Of a DNA stretch of 32,000 nucleotides, positions 24,431 through 32,000 are shown in pieces. Numbering within the stretch: the first letter of the stretch is position 1; every line of letters starts with the position of its first letter. A program made the position numbers and the translations under genes. The stretch is taken from assembly GCF_001753245.1 (NCBI RefSeq), contig NZ_CP017415.1:2690040-2722039 (forward strand), given 5' to 3'. The notes below the pieces were generated by a model. The model did not search any database, had not been told where the DNA came from, and was given only the letters and a program-made list of their open reading frames with translations. Source of the stretch: Acidihalobacter yilgarnensis. GTDB lineage: Bacteria; Pseudomonadota; Gammaproteobacteria; DSM-5130; Acidihalobacteraceae.

Positions 24431-24886
24431 ATGAGCCGCTTTCATCTGCACATCGCCGTCGACGATCTCGACCGTAACATCGCTTTCTACAACGCTGTGT
24501 TCGGCGCCGAGCCCACGGTCGTCAAGAGCGATTACGCCAAATGGCAGCTCGAGGACCCCAGAATCAACTTTGCCATCTCTGCGCGCGGCGCAAAACCAGG
24601 CGTCGACCACGTCGGCCTGCAAAGCGAGTCCGAAGAAGAACTGGCCGCCATCCGCACGCGCCTCGAGGCTGCCGGCGTGACCGGCGTCGCCGAGGAAAAC
24701 GCTACCTGCTGCTATGCCCGTTCGGATAAATATTGGGTACAAGACCCGCAAGGCATCGCCTGGGAAACCTTCCATTCGCTGGGCACCATCCCGTTGTTCA
24801 GCGAAGCTGCGGGTGACGATGCATCAGAATCCTCCGGCGCGTGCTGCCCACCCGCGACGACGACTACGGGCGGCTGCTGCCCCTGA
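24431..24886 (+). CDS. arsI: ArsI/CadI-family metalloenzyme (VOC/glyoxalase fold; ArsI-type C-As lyase candidate)
   Basis: 151 aa with RBS GGAG. MSRFHLHIAVDDLDRNIAFY..., HVGLQ, the vicinal Cys pair in ATCCYA, and a Cys-rich tail (GACCPP...GGCCP) are typical of ArsI/CadI. Confidence 0.85.
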   Translation: MSRFHLHIAVDDLDRNIAFYNAVFGAEPTVVKSDYAKWQLEDPRINFAISARGAKPGVDHVGLQSESEEELAAIRTRLEAAGVTGVAEENATCCYARSDKYWVQDPQGIAWETFHSLGTIPLFSEAAGDDASESSGACCPPATTTTGGCCP

Positions 24887-25023
24887 TCGACACGGATCCG
24901 ACCAACGGCAGGAACCCTTATTGTGTGACACGCGTGTTACAAGGTGAATGCGAGGCGGTTCGGCGCTATGATCATCGCGATCACGCGGCGTCAGACCGCT
25001 CCGCCCTCACCCAAGAGGCGTAC

Positions 25024-25353
25024 ATGAACGACAGAGCGATAAGACAACCTGGAGTACTGCTTAGCACCGGCCTGCTGGTACTTGGCTTGCTCACATCCCC
25101 GGCCTGGGCCGCGGACGTGCCGCGACTGCACGCCCCCATCACGGTCGTCATGCCCGACCAAGCCTTGCTACCCCATGTCGATTCACTGATTTTGCTCCTG
25201 CCCGGAGAAGCGGCACGCCTGGACACCCGCGCCCGCGAGCACGGACTGGCCCATGCCGAACATGAGGTCAGCGAGATCGAATCGGCCGTCAAAGAGGCCG
25301 CCGAGGAATCCCAGGAACTGCAGGAAGAAGCCCGCGACATCGACAACGATTGA
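25024..25353 (+). CDS. Hypothetical small secreted protein with an acidic helical C-terminus
   Basis: ORF 24841..25353 trimmed to the ATG at 25024. The signal peptide is MNDRAIRQPGVLLSTGLLVLGLLTSPAWA/AD. The tail EHEVSEIESAVKEAAEESQELQEEARDIDND is acidic. No family recognised. Confidence 0.5.
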   Translation: MNDRAIRQPGVLLSTGLLVLGLLTSPAWAADVPRLHAPITVVMPDQALLPHVDSLILLLPGEAARLDTRAREHGLAHAEHEVSEIESAVKEAAEESQELQEEARDIDND

Positions 25354-25426
25354 GCATTCACGCCCCCCCGCTGCGCAATGCGGGCTGTTAACCTAACGTC
25401 TCAGCGCCAACCCGCAAGGAGACGTC

Positions 25427-26308
25427 ATGCAGCAGGAACAACCCGGCATACTCGCCCCGCTCCCCCATTTCGCCCGCCACTTGTTCTTCGATCTCAGCGA
25501 CCGCGAATTAGCCGCGGATTACCTCGCCAGACTCGCCGCCGAGGTTGATGGCGAACAGATAGTTGTCGGCATCGGCGCCTCGCTGGCCGCCGCAGTTGGC
25601 ACCACGATACCCGGCCTCGTGAGCTTCCCCGCGCTAGCCGGCGCCGGCATCGACATCCCGTCGACACCAGCGGCGCTATGGTGCTGGTTGCGCGGCGGTG
25701 AACCGGGTGCGCTGTTCCACCGCGGGCGGACACTCGAAGCCCTGCTTTCCCCCGCTTTTTCGCTGACCCAAACGGTCGAACTATTTCGCTACGGCAGTGG
25801 TCTCGACCTCACCGGCTACGAGGATGGCACCGAAAACCCCGAAGGCGAGGACGCGCGGGCGGCGGCCATCGTCACCGATCAGGCAGATCCGCTGGCCGGG
25901 TCGAGCTTTGTCGCTGTGCAGCAGTGGCTGCACGACTTCGACCGCTTCGAGGAACTGGCGCCATCCGAGCAGGATGACGCCATCGGGCGCCGACGAATCG
26001 ACAACGAGGAACTGACATCGGCGCCGGTCACCTCGCACGTCAAGCGCACCGCTCAGGAAGACTTCGAACCGCCAGCCTTCATGTTCCGCCGCTCCATGCC
26101 CTGGACCGAGGGCGACGCCGGCGGTCTGATGTTCGTGGCCTTCGGACGCACCTTCTACGCCTTCGATGCCGCCCTGCGACGCATGAGCGGCCTTGAGGAT
26201 GGCGTGGTCGACGCGCTATTCGACTTTTCCCGCCCGCTCACCGGGGCCTATTTCTGGTGCCCGCCGATACGCGACGAGCACCTCGATCTGAGCGCCCTCA
26301 AGCTGTAA
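25427..26308 (+). CDS. Dye-decolorizing (DyP-type) heme peroxidase, cytoplasmic YfeX-like class
   Basis: 293 aa with RBS AAGGAG. QPGILAP, TGYEDGTENP (GxxDGTxNP), the proximal His region VTSHVKR, and FMFRRSMPW...GLMFVAF fit the family. No signal or Tat motif. Confidence 0.88.
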   Translation: MQQEQPGILAPLPHFARHLFFDLSDRELAADYLARLAAEVDGEQIVVGIGASLAAAVGTTIPGLVSFPALAGAGIDIPSTPAALWCWLRGGEPGALFHRGRTLEALLSPAFSLTQTVELFRYGSGLDLTGYEDGTENPEGEDARAAAIVTDQADPLAGSSFVAVQQWLHDFDRFEELAPSEQDDAIGRRRIDNEELTSAPVTSHVKRTAQEDFEPPAFMFRRSMPWTEGDAGGLMFVAFGRTFYAFDAALRRMSGLEDGVVDALFDFSRPLTGAYFWCPPIRDEHLDLSALKL

Positions 26309-26318
26309 ACGACGATCG

Positions 26319-26585
26319 TCAATAGCCTTGCGCCAAACCGTCTGCGCGGCTGTCGCTGCCGGCCACGTAACCGCCTGCGGGATTGCACAGCACCGCCTGG
26401 CCACAACCGAATCCACTGAGCTCTGGCTGGGCGATCAGACGATGGCCACGCGCGGACAGCACGGCCATCGCGTGCTGCGTCCAGCGCTGCTCAACCGCAA
26501 CCTCCAGCCCTCTGAGCCAGCGCCAGCGCGGCGTATCCAGCGCCTTTTGCGGGTCCATCCCGCGCACGGCGAGATTGAGCAAAAA
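26319..26585 (-). pseudogene. Orphan C-terminal fragment of gamma-glutamyltransferase (last ~88 aa of the small subunit)
   Basis: FLLNLAVRGMDPQKALDTPRWRW...GHRLIAQPELSGFGCGQAVL...GYVAGSDSRADGLAQGY* matches the extreme C-terminus of GGT (..PR.., ..G.Q.i.., sDpR.dG.a.Gy). The remaining ~450 aa are absent. The ORF continues upstream through the microsatellite to an ATG at 26765, with no GGT similarity in that part. Confidence 0.7.
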
Positions 26586-26663
26586 CTGCAACTGCAACTG
26601 CAACTGCAACTGCAACTGCAACTGCAACTGCGGCTGCGGCTGCGGCTGCGGCTGCGGCTGCCG
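26586..26663. repeat. Compound hexanucleotide microsatellite (CTGCAA)7 (CTGCGG)5 plus one degenerate unit
   Basis: Counted directly: seven perfect CTGCAA units at 26586..26627, five perfect CTGCGG units at 26628..26657, then CTGCCG. There are no stops across the array in any of the frames I translated, including the minus-strand frame that reads (QP)5(QL)7. Confidence 0.97.
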
Positions 26664-26956
26664 GGCCAGCAGGCAAGATTCCGCAGCAGGTGCCCTACTT
26701 ATTTTTCGCGAGACACACACGCACCAATTCAAGGCAATGACGCGGTGCGATACACTCGTCCGCACCGGACACGTTCAATAATAAAAACGAATTGGTTGTT
26801 CGACGGAACTACCACCAAAATCAGATCATTCAATAATTCTGATCGGCAGAAGAATGGCTGGCACGTCTGATCGCGCCCGCACCCTCGTCTACCGTTGATC
26901 GTCAGAACGGGCGTGGTCAAGGCCGCGCATATCTTCCGCCTAGACAACAATCGTCC

Positions 26957-28171
26957 ATGTCGCAGCTACCCGATACCTCGGAAATCGAATCTCCCACGCC
27001 CACATCGTCCACCTACCCGTTCACTCTGCGCTTCAAATCGAACCTGCTCGAACAAACCTATCTGCGTTTCTATGCTCAGTGGCTACGCGGCCAATCGCGT
27101 ATCGCCATTATCATCGGCATGACCTTATTCGTGATGGATGGTTTGATCGACCTATCCCTGCCTAACGCGGATCTGCGCCGAATATGGGCACTCCGGCTGG
27201 CTGTATTGGTCGTTGGCTTTCTGGGGCTCGTCTATACGCATTCAAGTCGTTTCCAGAGGCACAATCAGTTGCCCATGGCGGTCATCAGCATCATCGCCGC
27301 GAGCGGCCTGATCGGGATACAGCTGACCCTCGGCGGAGATGAGGCCATTCGCTATTTCCCCAGCTTGCTGATCGCCACCTTCTGGGCTTATCTCTTCCTC
27401 GGCATGCGCTTTACCAGCGCGCTCGGTACCGGGCTGTTCATCGCCCTCATCTACAACCTCTCATTGCGCTATCAACACCTGTCGGGTGCGCTACTGCTGG
27501 ATCAAAATTTCGATCTGTTCGCCACCAATGTCATCGGTGGATTTTCCAGTTATTTCTCGGAACGACAGCGTCGAACACTGTTTCACCAGCAATGTCTGAT
27601 CGACCGGGAACGCCTCGTTCACCGCCAGCTCGCCCTGGAAGACGAACTCACCCAACTGCCCAACCGGCGCCATCTTGAGCAAAGTCTGGAGCATCTGCTC
27701 GCCGCCGATCCCGGACGCAGACACTCTGGCCTATTCATCGATATCGACCATTTCAAACCCATCAACGATCGCTTCGGCCACGAGGTGGGTGATATCGCAT
27801 TGCGTATTCTCGCGCGACGCATCCGACAATCGATTCGCGACGGCGATGTCGTCTGCCGGCTGGGCGGCGACGAATTTTTCGTCATTCTCTTGGACACCCA
27901 GGACACCGACGCCGCCGTGCAGGTTGCCGATAAGCTGCTCTCGGCGCTGCAACAACCACTGGCAATCGAATCGCCGGGGGGAAAACAGGTGCACTGTACG
28001 GTCAGCGCCAGTCTCGGCATCATCACCTTCCCGTTCGAACGCGCCACTGTCACAACCATCCTGAAGCGGGCCGATCAGGCGATGTATCGCGCCAAGGCGG
28101 CCGGACGCAGTGGTTATACCGTCTTCGATCCAGCGCTCGACGAACTCGACCAAACACCTGTGCACGGCTGA
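26957..28171 (+). CDS. Membrane-anchored diguanylate cyclase (N-terminal ~6-TM sensor domain plus GGDEF)
   Basis: 404 aa. The hydrophobic N-terminal half begins with F..NLLEQTYLRFY. The GGDEF domain has an intact RLGGDEF, and an RxxD (RDGD) lies 5 residues upstream, which is the I-site position. Confidence 0.88.
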   Translation: MSQLPDTSEIESPTPTSSTYPFTLRFKSNLLEQTYLRFYAQWLRGQSRIAIIIGMTLFVMDGLIDLSLPNADLRRIWALRLAVLVVGFLGLVYTHSSRFQRHNQLPMAVISIIAASGLIGIQLTLGGDEAIRYFPSLLIATFWAYLFLGMRFTSALGTGLFIALIYNLSLRYQHLSGALLLDQNFDLFATNVIGGFSSYFSERQRRTLFHQQCLIDRERLVHRQLALEDELTQLPNRRHLEQSLEHLLAADPGRRHSGLFIDIDHFKPINDRFGHEVGDIALRILARRIRQSIRDGDVVCRLGGDEFFVILLDTQDTDAAVQVADKLLSALQQPLAIESPGGKQVHCTVSASLGIITFPFERATVTTILKRADQAMYRAKAAGRSGYTVFDPALDELDQTPVHG

Positions 28172-28328
28172 TCCCAGATCAGCAATCCTGATAGCCTACC
28201 CTAGACATTGCTGATAAACCCCGGAAAATAGTGGGGAGCACAAACGAATTGTGCTGACCGGCAATACAAGCCCGCCTCGGGCGAAAAACCACACAACGAC
28301 AGTACAACACTCAGCGAGGAGTGATCCG

Positions 28329-28916
28329 ATGCAAACCCAAGACACCATCAAGATCGCCGATACAACCGCCAACCCCGCGCCACTCGGGCTGATGGCCTTC
28401 GGCATGACCACCGTCCTGCTGAATCTGCACAACGCCGGTTTCATCGCACTGGACACGATGATCCTGGCCATGGGCATCTTCTACGGCGGTATCGCGCAGG
28501 TCATCGCCGGGCTGATGGAATGGAAGAAACAGAATACCTTCGGCACGGTAGCCTTCACTTCCTACGGCTTTTTCTGGCTGACCCTGGTCGCACTGATCGT
28601 GATGCCCAAGATGAACGTCGGTGTCGCCGCCACCAACGCGCATGATCTCGGTGTCTACATGCTGATGTGGGGTCTGTTCACGGCCATCATGTTCGTGCCG
28701 ACGCTGCGGATCAATCGTGCCCTGCAGGTGGTCTTCGCCACGCTGACCGTGCTCTTTTTGCTACTCGCCGCCGCCGAATTCACCGGCAATAAGGCGATCG
28801 CCACCTTCGCGGGCTACGAAGGTATCGTCTGCGGCCTGTCCGCGATGTACGCCAGCATGGCGCAGATATGGAACGAGGTCTTCGGCCGAGAAATCGCCCC
28901 GATCGGCACCGTCTGA
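28329..28916 (+). CDS. satP: Acetate/succinate uptake channel, GPR1/FUN34/YaaH (SatP) family
   Basis: ORF trimmed to the ATG at 28329, with [32 protein letters not shown] is the family signature. The protein has 6 TM segments. Confidence 0.88.
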   Translation: MQTQDTIKIADTTANPAPLGLMAFGMTTVLLNLHNAGFIALDTMILAMGIFYGGIAQVIAGLMEWKKQNTFGTVAFTSYGFFWLTLVALIVMPKMNVGVAATNAHDLGVYMLMWGLFTAIMFVPTLRINRALQVVFATLTVLFLLLAAAEFTGNKAIATFAGYEGIVCGLSAMYASMAQIWNEVFGREIAPIGTV

Positions 28917-28924
28917 TCAGCGTG

Positions 28925-28947
28925 GACCGGGGGAATCCCCCCCGGTC
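28925..28947 (+). terminator. GC-rich hairpin after satP (terminator-like, weak U-tract)
   Basis: GACCGGGGG AAT CCCCCCGGTC starts 9 nt after the stop and is followed by TAATCC. Confidence 0.4.
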
Positions 28948-29050
28948 TAATCCGCCCCATAGATTGGACAAGCAGCGGGTGGCCGACTATTAAATATGAG
29001 GAAGATCATACCTATTCTAAAAATTTCAGTTATCGAGACGCACGCCCTGG

Positions 29051-32000
29051 ATGAGCGCAGCCAGTCACCGATTCATCAGCCTCAGAACCCAACTCCTTGG
29101 CCTGATATTGCTTGCCGTACTGCCTGGCCTGTTGGCGCTCATCGTGCTATCGCACCTGAATCGCGAGGCGAATCGGGAATCCGCCATCCGCGAAGGCGAA
29201 CATCTCGCCGAGATCATCAGCTGGAGCCAGGGCCAGGCACTGCGCACAGCAGCCGATGAACTCGGCCATCTCGCTGACCTGCACCGTCTCGTGCCCAAAG
29301 ACGATCTGGCGGCCTGCAACCAACTGATGCGGCGATTCATCAACCAGCACCCGAACTACCTGAACGCCGGCATGATCGCGCCCAATGGGCGTATCGCCTG
29401 CAGTGCCCTGCCCTTCAAACCTGAAACCGATCTGAGTGACCGAAGCTATTTCAGGGAGGCCGCCAGCGGCCAGCCCATCGGCGTGGGCGAATATCAGGTA
29501 GGGCGCCTGACCGGCAAACCCAGCCTCAATATCGGACACCCGGTCTACAACGCCCGCAAACAACTGGCGGGTGTACTGTATCTCGCCATCAATCTCGATT
29601 GGTTCGCACAGGCATCCAGCGACTCCGCCCTACCCAACGGGACCTACGTCGCCATGATCGATCATAGTGGCCACATCCTGACCCGCTACCCGGCAGCTCC
29701 CCAGAAAATCGGCACGCGTTTCCCCTTGCACGCCGTCTTTGCTGCACCACTGGCAGATACTGTTAAAAACGCCACCGAATATCGCATCGCCCAAGGGGAA
29801 CGCTGGATCTACATCCACAATCCACTGTCGATAGGCAACCAACAATCCCCCATCTACACCATCGTCGCGATTCCCGCACGACAGATCGACGAACCGGTCG
29901 ATCGCCAGTTCCAATTAACGCTAGCCATCGTCATTGCGATCAGCCTGCTGGTGTTGCTCGCAGCATGGTTTGGTGCACGGCGCATGGTCCTCAAGCCGTT
30001 GCAGCGGCTCGCGCATGCAGCCGATCAGATCGGCAGCAGGCAACGCGGCAACTTCGACTGGCCAGACAGCCACGACGAATTCGGCACACTTGGCCGTGCG
30101 TTCGACCAGATGGACAGGGAACTTACCGCGCGCGGTGCGGAGATCGAACGCGCAAGCCGGGCATCGAAGACCTTGAGCGAGGCCAATCGCTCGCTGATCA
30201 AGGCGATCGACGAAAAGAGCTTTCTGCAGCGTATGTGCGAAGTCACTGTAGCCGAGGGCGGCTATATCGCCGCATGGATTGGTTTCGCGCGCGCAGACCG
30301 GACGGTCGAGATCGTCGCCACCCGCACACAGTTGAGCGATGAGATTCAACGCCTTGCCTCAACGATCGCACTGCGCTGGGACGATACTCCGCTTGGCCAG
30401 GGCGCCGTCGGCCGGGCAATTCGCAGCGGCCGACCCTGCATACTCAGACTCAATACGCTCGACCCGGCCTTCGAACCCTGGCGCAGCCTGCTGGAAGGGG
30501 CCGGCATTCGCATCGCCATCGCACTGCCACTGACCATCCAGGACAGCGTGGCGGGAGTACTGTTGATCCACGCTCGCGAAGCCGATGCCTTCCAGCCGCG
30601 TGAAGTCGAGACACTCGGCGAACTCGCCGCCGATATCGGTTTCGGCATTACGGGATTACGGCTCAAGCAGCGCCACCGCGAGGCCCGCCGCGCGATCCGC
30701 CAGGTCTCCCGCTACGACCCGGTGACGGGGACGCTTAGCCGTTCTTCCTTCTACCGACGTTTTTCACAGTGGGTGCGCCGGCGGCGCGGGCAAGACCGCC
30801 TACTGGCCGTCGTGGTGATCAATGTTTGCCAATTTGGCGCGGTGAACGTCGCCTTCGGCTACGAGCAAGGCGACCACATCCTCGCGGAAATCGGTATCCG
30901 CCTGCAGGCACTAACACCCGAACCGCTGGCGGTCGGGCGCTGGGGAGGCGCCGAATTCGCCCTATTGATCGAGGTGGCACAGCATCACGCGCTCGACGAT
31001 GTCGTTGAGATTCTGACACAGGTGCTTGATCTACCGGTCACCACGGCGCAAATCGAGCTGGAACCGGAAACCTGCATCGGCATCTCCGTCTACCCAGCCC
31101 ACGGGGAGCATGTCGGCCAATTGCTGACCCGCGCCCGCGCAGCAATGGAGCGGGCGCGGCGCCTGGGTACCCGCTATGCCGTCCACGAGGGCACCCCTGA
31201 GCGCGAGGCAGCCCGCCATCTACAGATACTCACCCATCTACGTACAGCCTTGGATGACAACCAGCTCGCACTCCATTACCAGCCCAAAATCGATCTGGCC
31301 AGTGGCCGGGTTACCGGTCTGGAAGCGCTGTTGCGCTGGCAGCATCCAGACTGGGGTAACGTCCGCCCCGACGAATTCATCCCGTTGACCGAGCAGACGC
31401 GCTTGATCCAGCCGCTCACCGAATGGACGTTGCACCGCGCCCTGCACGATCGGGAAATCATGTTGCAGCGCGGTGTCGACATACCCATCGCCGTCAATCT
31501 CTCGTCCGGCCTGCTGCGCAATCGAGAGATTGTCCGTATGGTCGCGCAGGTACTGGGTCTGCACGCATCTGCGGGCTGGCTGCAACTTGAGTTGACCGAA
31601 ACGGCAATGATGGAGGACCCCGAACGTAGTCTGGCGATCCTGCACGAGCTAGTCGCGCAGGGCACGCCCATACATGTCGACGACTTCGGCGCGGGTTATT
31701 CCTCGCTGGGCTATCTGCAACGCCTGCCGGTGGACACGATCAAAATTGATCGCGTACTGATCCAGCATATCGACCGCGATGCACGCAACGCAGCCCTCAC
31801 CAGGGCCGCCGTCGAATTCGCGCATGTACTCGGCCTGAAAGTCGTCGCCGAGGGCGTTGAAACCAAAGCCATTCTCCAGCGGCTTGAGGTACTGGGCTGC
31901 GATGCGGCCCAGGGTTATTTCATCGCTCGACCCATGCCGCGTGGCGATTTTCTCGATTGGTTCGAGCACCACGACGGCCGTTTCGTGCCGCCTGAGGACA
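29051..32000 (+). CDS. Cache-TM-HAMP-GAF-GGDEF(degenerate)-EAL signalling protein, probable c-di-GMP phosphodiesterase (3' end outside the window)
   Basis: Absent from the ORF track because it has no stop in the window. I translated it by hand from the ATG at 29051; it stays open to 32000 (983 codons). It begins with TM1 and a Cache-like periplasmic domain (DRSYFREAASGQPIGVGEYQVGRLTGKPSLNIGHPV). TM2 and HAMP (DEFGTLGRAFDQM) follow. Then comes a GAF domain and a GGDEF-like domain whose motif is WGGAEF. The EAL domain looks complete: EALLRW, DDFGAGYSSL, KIDR, EGVE, QGY. Confidence 0.88.
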   Translation, partial: MSAASHRFISLRTQLLGLILLAVLPGLLALIVLSHLNREANRESAIREGEHLAEIISWSQGQALRTAADELGHLADLHRLVPKDDLAACNQLMRRFINQHPNYLNAGMIAPNGRIACSALPFKPETDLSDRSYFREAASGQPIGVGEYQVGRLTGKPSLNIGHPVYNARKQLAGVLYLAINLDWFAQASSDSALPNGTYVAMIDHSGHILTRYPAAPQKIGTRFPLHAVFAAPLADTVKNATEYRIAQGERWIYIHNPLSIGNQQSPIYTIVAIPARQIDEPVDRQFQLTLAIVIAISLLVLLAAWFGARRMVLKPLQRLAHAADQIGSRQRGNFDWPDSHDEFGTLGRAFDQMDRELTARGAEIERASRASKTLSEANRSLIKAIDEKSFLQRMCEVTVAEGGYIAAWIGFARADRTVEIVATRTQLSDEIQRLASTIALRWDDTPLGQGAVGRAIRSGRPCILRLNTLDPAFEPWRSLLEGAGIRIAIALPLTIQDSVAGVLLIHAREADAFQPREVETLGELAADIGFGITGLRLKQRHREARRAIRQVSRYDPVTGTLSRSSFYRRFSQWVRRRRGQDRLLAVVVINVCQFGAVNVAFGYEQGDHILAEIGIRLQALTPEPLAVGRWGGAEFALLIEVAQHHALDDVVEILTQVLDLPVTTAQIELEPETCIGISVYPAHGEHVGQLLTRARAAMERARRLGTRYAVHEGTPEREAARHLQILTHLRTALDDNQLALHYQPKIDLASGRVTGLEALLRWQHPDWGNVRPDEFIPLTEQTRLIQPLTEWTLHRALHDREIMLQRGVDIPIAVNLSSGLLRNREIVRMVAQVLGLHASAGWLQLELTETAMMEDPERSLAILHELVAQGTPIHVDDFGAGYSSLGYLQRLPVDTIKIDRVLIQHIDRDARNAALTRAAVEFAHVLGLKVVAEGVETKAILQRLEVLGCDAAQGYFIARPMPRGDFLDWFEHHDGRFVPPED

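Noticed and set aside
25427-26308. DyP considered as encapsulin cargo
   Set aside because: No encapsulin shell gene is adjacent. The C-terminus (...DEHLDLSALKL) does not show the Gly/Ser-rich targeting peptide I would expect.
26586-26663. Microsatellite considered as a classical on/off phase-variation switch
   Set aside because: The unit length is 6 nt, so slippage preserves the reading frame. It can change the length of a product or a spacing, but it cannot frameshift.
28996-29259. 87-aa plus-strand ORF overlapping the start of the Cache-EAL gene
   Set aside because: It is out of frame with the 983-codon open frame that begins at 29051 and carries all the domain motifs. Its translation is Arg/Pro-rich.

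Overview
GC-rich proteobacterial (gamma/beta-like) chromosomal segment with about 32 genes in mixed orientation. It looks like housekeeping and accessory metabolism, not an obvious defence island. Left to right: (1) the 5' part of a secreted protein, edge-truncated on the minus strand and missing from the ORF track; (2) a SHOCT membrane protein, a small membrane protein, a Gly/His-repeat lipoprotein and a DUF3579-like protein; (3) a PepSY / OmpR-type response regulator / HAMP histidine kinase operon (minus), divergent from a HAMP-GGDEF diguanylate cyclase; (4) a ygiD-like extradiol dioxygenase and a ypfH-like esterase; (5) a three-gene polar amino-acid ABC importer (minus) with an internal terminator; (6) a ~750-bp non-coding gap with two FNR/DNR-type boxes in front of a quinol-type nitric oxide reductase (qNOR); (7) lgt, then GAF/fRMsr, cupin and TauE genes; (8) a TetR repressor with two near-identical palindromic operators, a decayed peroxiredoxin-like gene fragment and a type II haloacid dehalogenase; (9) a PAT-like GNAT; (10) an intact IS21-family element (istA/istB, 23-bp multi-repeat ends, 7-bp target duplication); (11) an LLM flavin oxidoreductase, arsC and arsI; (12) a small secreted acidic protein and a DyP peroxidase; (13) an orphan C-terminal gamma-glutamyltransferase fragment fused in frame to a compound hexanucleotide microsatellite; (14) a membrane GGDEF cyclase, the satP acetate channel and an edge-truncated Cache-HAMP-GAF-GGAEF-EAL protein. 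I recognised no rRNA, tRNA or CRISPR array. I did not find a clear-cut novel multi-gene system. The most unusual items are the (CTGCAA)7(CTGCGG)5 array at the GGT breakpoint, the IS21-split GNAT/LLM/arsC/arsI neighbourhood, the TetR twin-operator unit with a captured dehalogenase, the twin FNR-type boxes upstream of qNOR, and a 34-nt perfect hairpin inside the two-component operon. All family assignments come from motif recognition by eye, not from database searches.
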